This document shows, one piece after another, positions 11,144-22,539 of a stretch of 64,000 nt of DNA. Positions within the stretch are counted from its first letter, which is position 1; each line of letters opens with the position of its first letter. The stretch lies in contig NC_043001.1 in NCBI RefSeq assembly GCF_006345805.1, positions 85,064,001-85,128,000 on the forward strand, written 5' to 3'. Below the pieces are notes generated by a model. It was not told the DNA's origin. It ran no database searches and saw nothing but the letters and a program-made list of their open reading frames with translations. The translations under genes were made by a program, and so were the position numbers. This stretch comes from Octopus sinensis. Lineage: Eukaryota.

Positions 11144-13195
11144 TGCAGGCCTAGCTGTTGGGGGTGTTTGTCTCCCCTTCGTAAATATATAAGGACACAG
11201 GAAATGTACCAAGGCCGACAGGAAGCGTCGATGCTTCCTAGGGCTAAACAGCGGTGGTGTAATTCCCTTACAGGATTGTCACGTTAAGTTGACAGAATAC
11301 AACAACTCTTACGCTCCACCACCGTACATATCTCTATGAGATATTTAGAAATTTAATATTTCTGAAATATATATTATATATATATGTGTGTGTGTGTGTG
11401 TGGGTGTGTATCTTTTAGATTCAAACATACAGCTAATAGTACGTCCTTAACTAGCAATATTTGGGAACCGAAAGTAAGTAATACCGGATTTACCCTTAAA
11501 TGGGATATAATTCTGACGACGCTGCCCTATAGAAATAGTCTAAATGGGTGTGAGCTGCAGTCTATGGAAACTTATAGGGACAAGAACAACTTGATCAGTT
11601 ATAGGTTAGACCTAAGCCCATCATGCATGCATAGCGTCACCCGTATATTTAAGCATTTTCGAAACTAACGATTATAGATACCATACTTGAAATTTGATGG
11701 TGAAAATTAATTTTGGTGTCATATCCGTTTTAAACTTACCCTCTAGTATTAAATAAAATAAAACCATGCGATATTATGCTATATGGTGAATTACATGTTA
11801 TATGCCGTGTGTCATGGTATGTGGTGTGCTATATATAACACTATCCCCTGTCTAGTTAGTCTGACTACATCATATATCCCCTAGAAACTATAAAATCATA
11901 TGTAAAATAACACTCTCTTCGGTCTGAATATATCTAACTGTGCACACTACTTCCTTACCAACTATAACCCACTCTTTCAGGTTACCTTTATCGCTCGCCT
12001 ATATCTAATTTTATCCCCTGCCTCTTTATATGTAGTTTATATGCATTTCTTATTATTTTCTATAACTTCTTATTTTATTTTCCTATTTTGATATCCTTAC
12101 TTATTAACCTATTATCCCTTATAAATCGTTATTTTTCTTTTTCTTAAATAGACATTTTTCAATTACTTAAGTCTATGCGAGCTATTACTACTATATCCAT
12201 ATAAACGTATAAATATTTGTGTATATGTATATATGCATATATGCACATATATAAATATGTATGTATTCATATGCACTTTTGCATTTTTCTGATTCATGGC
12301 TTAAAATTAATAGAGAGCATATATATCGTTCTTGTTATTCCATAAGGAAATGCCTTGACAGACTTTATCGAAACCACATTATAAGTAATTAATTAAGTAC
12401 AAGAATCAATATTAAACTGATTCTATGTAACCTTACTCTTTAATGTTTATAATTGATATATATATACACCTTTTACCTAATTTGGCTATGATATCATTTT
12501 TGAAATTCTTAAATTTTATTTTTATACAACATAACAATATTTTTTAAAAACAATCATCCACGGTGCGCCTAAATAAAATTTATGTATTAACATCTTAGGT
12601 TTCTTAGCATCTTGCCCCTTTAACTGGTAGTTAACATCATGATTTAAAGTCTACCTCTACCCTGCGTCTTTTTATAGACAGTTACTTATATCCAACTCAC
12701 TACCCAAATGTCTTATTTCCCCTTGGGGAAAAGGGATACATATGATAATATCTATAATATATTGTCCCTTATTCAAAATAGATACAATCTTCTAATCTTA
12801 GATTTAGTTGTAGATAAAGAAATAACTGAATTAGAACTGAATTGCAGTCCCTCCTCTATGACTCCTCTGTGTTCCATGCGATTCTCAGAAGTTGTAGTCT
12901 ATTCCTAGCTACATGCATTTCTTCCATCTTCTTGTTCTATTAAAAAATATAGAGAAAAATTATATTAATGTGTTCTATTTGCTAAAATTCCATTTATTTA
13001 TGTGTGCAGCAGAAGATAGCACTACATTGCATTGTTCAACTAAAAGGAACCGCTTTAAACGGTCATACTGGCATCACTACTTGGTATCCTGTTGTTTATT
13101 TTGATTTTATTCATATAACTTCGGGCTGTGCGGTTAATATCGAACTGACTTGGTGCGTCAACTTAAGTACCAAATTCAACTGACTCTCAATTATT

Positions 13196-13261
<66 letters not shown>

Positions 13262-13881
13262 ATTCTTCTATTCTATTACTTGTTTCAATCGTTTGACTGC
13301 GGCCATGCTGGTGCACCGCTTTGAAGGATTTTAGTGGAAGGAATCGACCGCAGGACTTATTCTTTGTAAGCCTAGTGTTTATTCAACCATCACTTGGGCT
13401 GAATCGCTAAGTTACAGGGAAGTAAACACACCGGTAGCAGCGACTCGCTGTTGCAATTGTCAGACGCCACAGAGTCGCTTCTACATCAGTCGGGACAACA
13501 AATATCATTGTGATACCTGTCGGTGTCTATGGGTTTTCAGCTCTGAACTGTGGAATCACATCCCGCCTCATCGCTCAGAACATACTTCGTCATCGTAGGA
13601 CACCGAATGACTGCTACTAGCTACACACACACACCTACGCACACGCACACATACACACACAAACACTCAGGCACAAACACACACATACACACACACATAT
13701 ATATAATTCAGATTCAGTTGAATTAGGTACTTAAGTTGAAGCACCAAGTCAGTCCGGTATTATCCGCTCAGCTCGAAGTAAAGTGAATAAAATCAAAATA
13801 ATCAACAGGGTATCAAGAAGTGATGCATTACGACCGTTTTAAGCGAGTCCATTTAATGGAACAATGCAATCATTACATACT

Positions 13882-13961
<80 letters not shown>

Positions 13962-13993
13962 GTGTGTGTGTGTACAAACATATGTATACGGTG

Positions 13994-14024
<31 letters not shown>

Positions 14025-14073
14025 GAAAGTTGGGGTATGTGTATATACATATAGTTACATATATATATATATA

Positions 14074-14424
14074 TGTTTGGCGCGCTGTTAGTAGGGGCAT
14101 TTGAATTATAACGTCGGATGTAATCAATTGAACCACACGTGTATTTATCGTTATGGTAAAATCTGGCGTGTGATTGAGTGGATTTCATCCAGATAGTTTT
14201 GGCTGAGGTGCTACAAGTGGGTTTTTTGTAAGTAAAATTACATTTAATTCATTAATAGCGAAACAATTGTCCCAAAATAATCTGTATTTTTGTTATTTTT
14301 TATTTGCCCTGTTCGTGTGAGCTAACAATCGTACTGACTTTCATGTGAAACATGTATTTTTGTGGTTGAAACCTTTTGGATTTTCTAGTGCTAGAATGAG
14401 CCACATAGTGACCATTCTCTTATA
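14074..14424 (+). mobile_element. (TA)n-flanked hammerhead-bearing fragment, probably a PLE pseudo-LTR
   Basis: Flanked by (TA)n on both sides; contains the 14196-14278 hammerhead; ends in CCATTCTCTTATA, similar to the PLE terminus CCATTCTTG...CTCGTTTATA. Confidence 0.55.
14196..14278 (+). ncRNA. Type I hammerhead ribozyme variant (CUGAGGU core, long stem II)
   Basis: GUUUUGG-CUGAGGU-GCUA...UAGC-GAAA-CAAUUG-UC-CCAAAAU: 7-bp stem I and the same ACAAUUGU stem III as the PLE hammerhead; A9 is replaced by U. Confidence 0.65.
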
Positions 14425-14454
14425 TTTATTTTTATTATTATTTTTATATATATA

Positions 14455-14508
<54 letters not shown>

Positions 14509-14717
14509 ATGTATATGCATGTATATATATATGTGTGTGTGTGTGTGTGTATAGGTATATATTTATATTCTTTCAAATATACATACACATAGATATATGT
14601 CTATATTTATATATAAACATGCAAGTCTATGTATATACACACACACACACACATATATATATATATTTATACATATATATATATACATATACACATATAT
14701 ATATACATATATATATA

Positions 14718-14765
<48 letters not shown>

Positions 14766-15399
14766 ATAAATATATATATATTATGTATATATATATATTT
14801 ATGCATACACACGCGTATAGACATATGCATATATATTCAATTAAATTATACATAAGCATGCTCACGAGCTTGCTTGCTTATAGGCTGAAAAGGAAGCGAT
14901 AATTATTTTAATATTTGACCATATAAACACCTGCCTTGCACTAAGACCTATCGTCAAATAAAATTCCCACCTATGACTATCACGTCTTTTCGGATGTCTC
15001 CGGCTTTCTCCGGATCATTTTCATCTGCACTTGTCTTTCCTCATATTCAGACAATAGTATTCGTTGTTAGACGCAGTCGCTATTTCTTGCAATCAAACCT
15101 CCATTTAGTCGCTCCCACATTGTCTCGTAAACGTTGCTGGTTGTATCTAACAGTAAATATTCCGGTAATTACATTGCAGTAAATTTTGCTCGCTTGGTGG
15201 CTAATGTCCAGTACATCAACTGCAGTATTGTGGTGTCTACGTTGTGATGACCATAATATCATTGGCTGGACAATGGCGAGCGCCAATTACCAACTGCTAA
15301 AATTAGCAGAAAGTGCCAAGGACAGGCAGTAGATGAGTCTCTTAAATGTTAATTACTTTTATTGTTAGGTGTTAGCAGGTTAATAAGAGATAGTGAGTG

Positions 15400-16400
15400 G
15401 AGGTGTGAGAAATGTCATATATTGGGGGGGAGGGGTCAGGGCTGCTGGTGGTGGCAGTGTTGGTGCTGATGGGTGGTGGTATTAGTGGTGGTGTTAGTGG
15501 TGGTGTTAGTGTTGATGGTGGTACTGGTAATTCTGGTGGCGATGGTAGTTGTCGTGCTGTTAATGTTGGTATTGTTGGTGTACTGGTAGTTGTAGTATGG
15601 TGGTGGTGGCGGTGGTGGTGGTTGAGGTATTGATGTTTGTGGTGGTCAGGTGGTAGTGATATAGGTGATTGTGTTGATGGTGGTAGTCGTAGTGGCTGAG
15701 GCAGTATTATTGTTCGTGTTAGAGGTAGTAGCTGTGGTAGCGGTGTTACTGCTGGTTGTGCAATGTAGCGTCACTGATAGTTACCGTGAATCGTGTTAGT
15801 GGTGGTGATGGTAGTCTTGGTGAAAGTGATGGTACGACTGGTTTTGTAGTGATGGCGTTGGTTGTGGTGGCGTTATTTGCTGGATGCAGGCTGTGGTGAT
15901 TGTGGTGATAGATTACCGACGGAGTTGGTGGTGCCGATGGTAGCATTCGTAGCTGAGTTGATGCTGGTAGTAGTAGTAGTAGTTATAGTAGTGGTGATGG
16001 TGGTCGTGACGGTTGGTGGGCGGATTTTGCTGGTGGGTGTGGTTGCGGTTACATTGACATTTGTGTTGGTGGTGTTACAAGGGATTGTGGTGGTAGTTGT
16101 GCTAGTGGAACGACGATGATTTGGCTTTGGCATCACGTCGGTGGTGGCGGTGATGTTGATGGTGGAATCATAGTGGTAGTTGTGTAGGTATTGGTGGCTG
16201 AAGTAACAATAGTAATGGTAGATGACTGTAAGAATGACAGGGCTGTTGGTGGTTGTAGTGATAATGGAACGGTGGTAGAGGTAACATAGGTAATGGTGGA
16301 AGCGGTGGTAGTGATAGAGATGGTAGCGTCGTTAGTGGTAATTTCAGGTCGCTCATGTGTGCAACTGGTAATATGTAACACAGTAGAAGCTGTCACTTGG
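15400..16400. repeat. Degenerate (GGT/GTA)-rich low-complexity region
   Basis: About 1 kb of eroded GGT/GTG/GTA triplets; no splice-supported exon or domain. Confidence 0.7.
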
Positions 16401-16526
16401 TCAGGTCGTCGGTGTCTAAACCGACAGCCCACTCAAGCGAGGAGGGTGATCCTACGGGATAAAAAAAAAAAAAAAAGAAACAAGAGCAAAACCTGACAAG
16501 GAGTGGAAGAATTCAGAAGAGTCAAC

Positions 16527-16760
16527 AGCGGCAGGCTGGCAGAATCGTTAGCACGCCGGGCGATATGCTTAGCAGTATTTTGTCTGCTGTTACGTGCTGA
16601 GTTCAAATTCCGCCGAGGGCGACTTTGCCTTTCATCCTTTCGGGGTCGATTAAATAAGTACCAGTTACGTACTAGGGTTCGATGTAATCGACTTAATCCC
16701 TTTGTCTGTCCTTGTTTGTCCCCTCCGTGTTTAGCCCCCTGTGGGCAATAAAGAAATAAG
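16527..16760 (+). mobile_element. SINE family A, full copy
   Basis: Head gcggcaggctggcagaatcgttagc...gagttcaaattcc (A/B-box-like); tail ggcaataaagaaataag. Confidence 0.8.
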
Positions 16761-17416
16761 TATTGTGTATGAAACGAAAAAGAAAGAAGCCGGGATGACT
16801 ACTTTGTACGTGTTGACTGTTGAAGAGCTAGAGGGGCAGCTGATGTTGACTGTATTTGTTTTGCGTGCATTGTCTGAGTTGTCCGATGTGTGTGTTTGTG
16901 CAAAGCCGGATGTTCCTCTCATGCAATATCTTTTAAATCTTTTTTTTTCTTTTGGCTGCTGAGGTTCCTCCTCATCTTCACTTCCAGATGTATTGGAATC
17001 AGAGTGTGTATAGTCCGTTTGCGATTAGGTGTATGCCTGTGCTTGTTTTTGTGTAGTTGTCTATGTGAGAGTGTGTGTTTAAGAGAGAAGGAGAGCTGTG
17101 TTGGGGAAAGCCCCGGGTGGTCTTCTCTGTTGATGTTCTCGTCAATTTTGGTGGTGACGGTGGTGATGCTGCTGCTGGGTCTGTTGTTACTGTTGCTACT
17201 CTTGCTGCTGTTGTTGTTTCTAATACAGCACGTTTATCTGTTACTGCCGGTTCTTCCGCTTAGAAGGATCTGCTGCTGTGGTTTTTCATTGAGATGTTGT
17301 TGTTGCTTCACTCTTTTTCTTTTCTTGTATATGCTGTCGCTGTTGCGGTAATAGCTGTGACATCGGCGGCGGGGGCCCTCCTCTCACCTCTCTTGTTTTT
17401 GTTTTGTAAACAGATA

Positions 17417-17578
17417 GGCGCAGGAGTGGCTGTGTGGTAAGTAGCTTGTTTACCAACCACATGGTTCCGGGTTCAGTCCCACTGCGTGGCACCTTGGGCA
17501 AGTTTCTTCTACTATAGCCTCGGGCCGACCAAAGCCTTGTGAGTGAATTTGCTAGACGAAAACTAAAAGAAGCCCGTC

Positions 17579-17635
<57 letters not shown>

Positions 17636-17868
17636 TGTGTGTGTTTGTATGTCTGTGTTTGTCCCCCTAGCATTGCTTGATAACCGATGCTGGTGTATTT
17701 ATGTCCCCGTTACTTAGCGGTTCGGCGAAAGAGACCGATAGAATAAGTATTGGGCTTACAAAAGAATAAGTCCCGGGGTCGAGTTGCTCGATTAAAGGCG
17801 GTGCTCCAGCATGGCTGCAGTCAAATGACTTAAACAAGTAAAAGAGTAAAAGAGAGTAAAAGAGAGAA
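17417..17868 (+). mobile_element. tRNA-derived CORE-like SINE, family B, with an internal (TA)n(TG)n tract
   Basis: Head ggcgcaggagtggctgtgtggtaag...ggttcagtccc, CORE-like CACCTTGGGCAAG, tail (AAAAGAG)n. Other copies at about 2980-3630(+, interrupted), 7128-7525(+), 13262-13436(-), 40312-40860(+), 41260-41510(+), 42225-42445(+), 43776-43950(+), 52770-53245(+), 55420-55620(-), 60040-60410(-). Confidence 0.8.
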
Positions 17869-18436
17869 CGCCTGTTGTTGACAGACACGGTATCTCGGTC
17901 GTTTGCACTCCACAATCACTCTCAACTCAGTTCTATTCTGCAAGAAGACCAGATTTCGGATCCTCTCAAGCTGGTCTGGCTTTAGATGGAGTAGCCCCTC
18001 CAGTGTGATCCCTCTTCAGTTCTCCCACCTTAATCCCGTGACTTCCAAGGAGTGTCACTAACATTGAATATCACACAAGGGAGTACCCACCACAAATCTA
18101 GTTCTGGTCACATCCCTTGTATGGTAAACTTTATCACACTTCTTCCCAAATACTTAGGGGAGGGCACGAATTCCTGGCTGCAACGGGCGGCCGCTGACTC
18201 AACACTACAGTAAACTACCACACATGTACGGTCTCCCTAAAATTCACATGGATGGTATTCCATTAAGACCTATAGTGAGCTGTAAAGGTTCAGCATATCA
18301 TCCACTGAGCCGCTTCCTCGTGGATACAATCAGTCCTTTAGCAGGAAAGTCAACATCGTACGTGAAGAATTCGACCCACTTCACAAAACTGATCAAGGAT
18401 ACCCCCATTGAATCCAACCAGATGGTGAGTCTAGAT
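17869..18436. mobile_element. Penelope-like element fragment: inverted 3' terminus (minus) joined to an RT N-terminal fragment (plus)
   Basis: 18224-18436 (+) encodes MYGLPKIHMDGIPLRPIVSCKGSAYHPLSRFLVDTISPLAGKSTSYVKNS...MVSLD (PLE RT motifs). 17869-18195 carries a minus-strand hammerhead. Confidence 0.75.
17942..18024 (-). ncRNA. Type I hammerhead ribozyme candidate in an inverted PLE terminus
   Basis: Minus strand: GAGAA-CUGAAGA-G-GGAUC...GAUCC-GAAA-UCUG-GUC-UUCUU: 5-bp stem I, one extra G after A9, weak 2-bp stem III. Confidence 0.55.
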
Positions 18437-19115
18437 TGCCAGAACCTCAATCTTAAATAAAACTTCGACCTCGCCAAACTGTTTTGCCCCCGATATATTA
18501 CCGATGTCTTGCCATATATCGTGTAGCGCCCTTTGGATTTGGATGTTCGGTGCTCTTTCGAGTAGTTTTCATTTACACTTAATACAGCGGTTCGTTATGA
18601 TTTTTCTGGCTGTAGCTACCAATGATTCGGGTGGTGAGGACAGCTCTTCCCTCCTCACGTCGATTTCTCTAAATTTAGCCACATTCGCCAATTCATAGGC
18701 TTTGTCCTCTAGGGAAAGGACAAAACGTTCTCTTGAAGCAGGTTTTTTTTCTTTTGATTTTGGACTGTTTCCATCTCTTTTGTCTCTTCCCACTCTGCAT
18801 TATTTTTGGTAAGAGAAGAAAGAGGGGGAAAGGCTACATTTGTAAGAAGACTGGCGGGAAGCAATGTTTTTCTTTTTGATTGTTTCAAGACGGTTACCGC
18901 CATCATGTTGAAAGGAGTGACTTTCTGGCAGGAGAAGCAAATATTGCCCCTTACGGGGCCAAACAACTACAAGGAGCTCAGTAAACGATTTTTTGGTGTT
19001 TTAATAAAAAAAAATTGGAACGAAAATTCCACACACAAAGCAGCAGCAAATGAGTCTAAGCAATGATTATAGAGAGGACAAACACAGAGCCTTTGAAGAC
19101 ACGTCTGACGTACTG

Positions 19116-19154
<39 letters not shown>

Positions 19155-19509
19155 GGATGATGACGACGACGACGACGTCGACAACAACAACAATAATAAT
19201 TATTATTATAATAGGCAATACGAAGAGTGCAATGCGATTGCAATAGATAATTTATTGCATGAACGATATTTTGACAGCTTGCCTGTCTTGGTGGAATGAC
19301 ATCATCAGTTTTCAATTTTCAAGTTTAAATTTTGTAACTGATAGAAATGCCGATTTCTCATTTTGTGATGCGTATTTGAACGGTATAAAATCCATTGGCC
19401 CAGGGTTGAGCTCAACACTGGTGTCTTCCAGAATTTCTAATGTACCAATTCTTATTGGGTGTAACATAAAATCAACCAGCTCAGTCTACTTGATTTATAA
19501 ACTTTAAAA

Positions 19510-19684
19510 GGATTGACGTAGTTCCTCACAAAGGTAACTAGACAATACGGGGAGTGCGATGCAATTGCATTAGATATTTTATTGGTCGACAGCTTTCGAG
19601 TACAAAATGAAAAATGATTTCTGTTGCAATCTCATCGTGATCTTTGTATTGTCTATTTAACTTTGTGAGGAGTTACGTCAATCC
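19510..19684. mobile_element. Short TIR element (MITE-like)
   Basis: 39-bp imperfect inverted repeats ggattgacgtagttcctcacaaaggtaactagacaatac / gtattgtctatttaactttgtgaggagttacgtcaatcc; a related partial copy lies at ~19210-19280. Confidence 0.5.
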
Positions 19685-20087
19685 ATTTGAAATATCAAAA
19701 TGAAGTAGATTGAGATGATTGATTTTATGTTACACCGAATAAGAATTGGAACATTCAGAAATTCAGGAAGTTACCTAAACAGTCGGGTGTCTAAGGAAAA
19801 TCGTAATACAAATTACAGCTTTTACATTTTATTCCTTATGACTGTTGGCTTGTTAGCTCTGTTAAATTCACTTGACCACAATGTTAAGGCAAATAGGCAT
19901 AAAACCCAATTTGGTACAGCACCTTAAAAAAGGATTATTAACGATAGCTATGATTACTTAGAAGAATTCTTGACATCTAAAGTTATTTGTTGTAGCCTGA
20001 TACGAGTGTTCTTGGCATCTAAGCTTACTTGTTACAGCCCGATGTTAGGATTTTTTCCAGTAGCCTAATCTGTGGAGTGTACATGAA

Positions 20088-20155
<68 letters not shown>

Positions 20156-20188
20156 TAATAATAATAATAATGATAATGATGATGATGG

Positions 20189-20261
<73 letters not shown>

Positions 20262-20262
<1 letters not shown>

Positions 20263-20831
20263 TGCCCTGATGCAGTACCAAGCAGTGGCTCTCATGGCTC
20301 CTAATCTTAACTGATTGGTAGCGTTATCATGTACATTGTTTTGTCTTGGTATAAAAGATGGGCTACAGCAAATATTCTACTCAGTACTACAGATTTGCTT
20401 TTCAGGTGTTTGACCATAACCAGTTGAGCATGACCCTTAGTGGCTGACGACATGTGCATATCTGATTATGAGAAGAAGTAGTCGGGGAGCATCATAGCCA
20501 TGTGTTGAAAGGAATTCTTAGAGGTTTGGATAATTCACCATTGGAAACATGGTTCGTTCAACATCCTTAAAAAATCCTTATTCAGGGACATTTTGAGTGC
20601 GGTGGGCTACTCGACTAGAAGAAAATTCTAACTGGGCCCCACCTGCAAGGTCATGCACTGTTTATCTTGATATGAGATTACCATGTCGCGCACATATGGT
20701 TGTAATGCATGTGCCTGGTGTACCCTTAACAGACGGGTAGCCGTGGTGGGTATACTGGGCTTTGTATTTTTATCCGAGTGCATTCACTGGGATAAAATAT
20801 ATGATGGCATGCACTGCTCTCTCACTCACTC
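20262..20831 (+). mobile_element. Non-coding ~570-bp repeat embedded in (AAT)n (copy 1)
   Basis: ATGCCCTGATGCAGTACC...GCATGCACTGCTCTCTCACTC with (AAT)n on both sides; homologous to 44875-45386 and 43972-44129; no ORF, TIR or tRNA head seen. Confidence 0.7.
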
Positions 20832-21622
<791 letters not shown>

Positions 21623-22539
21623 ATTCCCAATGCTGCTGAAATCGTACACAGGATTACATGATCATTTAACAGGTACCCCACCAAAAATGTGTAAGCCTTT
21701 TCTGGTACTTTCTATGTTTGCTAAAACTTTGAGATGGTTATAGATTTTTATAATTTAAGTACAATATGATATGCCATAGATAAATTCCTTCATCGTAAAT
21801 GCTATGGGGTGTTTATAGGTAGAATACTATAGTTTTTTAAAACTGTGAAATGTTGTTTATAAACTTCGATATCTTAACTATGGTAGTTCCAACTTAGCAA
21901 CGCTACTATCAAAATTTCATGAATTTCCATATCTTAGCTATGCTAGTTCCTCCCAAACAAATCTAGAGTTCTATACATAAATTCGCCCACACGCTGGAGT
22001 TTTAGCGAGCTTCCCTGCCTCCCTTCTCTTCCTCTCCCCTCCTATCTCGCCTCCTTCTCTTCTAATGGGTCCCCAGTGATGCTGAAATCATTCACACGAT
22101 GACATGATCATTTAACAGCTCCTCCCCAAAATCTTTAAGCCATTTCTAGTACTTTATATATTTGCTAAAACTTTGAGATGTTTATGGTGTTTATAAACTT
22201 CGATATTTTAGCTATAGTAGTCCCAACTTGCCGATGCTACTATCAGATATACTCTCCCATACGCCCTTAATCGACTGCCAACCATATCAACTAGCAGTTC
22301 AATGAAACAGCCTGCATTATTAGACACATTCCCACCTTTGTATTTAACACCACAGCATCAGCAACAGCTAAACCAACTGTCGTAAACTTGCCATCATTTG
22401 TTGTCTAAAGAAATCAGGGTAGACAATATTCGGACCCCTCCGCCATATAGTAATAACTGTGAAACTATAGTAGCAAACTAGAAAATAATAAGATAGGGAT
22501 TATAGTAGTAATAGTGAAATTATAATAGTGAACAAGAAT

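Noticed and set aside
11513-11545. CTGACGA...GAAA-TAG-TC hammerhead-like string
   Set aside because: Stem II (CGCTGCCCTATA) and stem I do not pair; at best a very decayed copy.
15412-16496. Thr/Val/Gly-rich ORFs resembling mucin
   Set aside because: All frames are short, low-complexity readings of eroded GGT/GTA repeats.
18440-19070. ORFs 18569-18793(-), 18709-18966(-) and 18806-19066(+)
   Set aside because: Non-repetitive, but no recognisable motif; needs tblastn.
20262-20290. Minus-strand LLGTA translation at the left end of the 570-bp element, like the R4/Dong C-terminal motif
   Set aside because: Only five codons with no flanking similarity, and the truncation pattern supports the opposite orientation.
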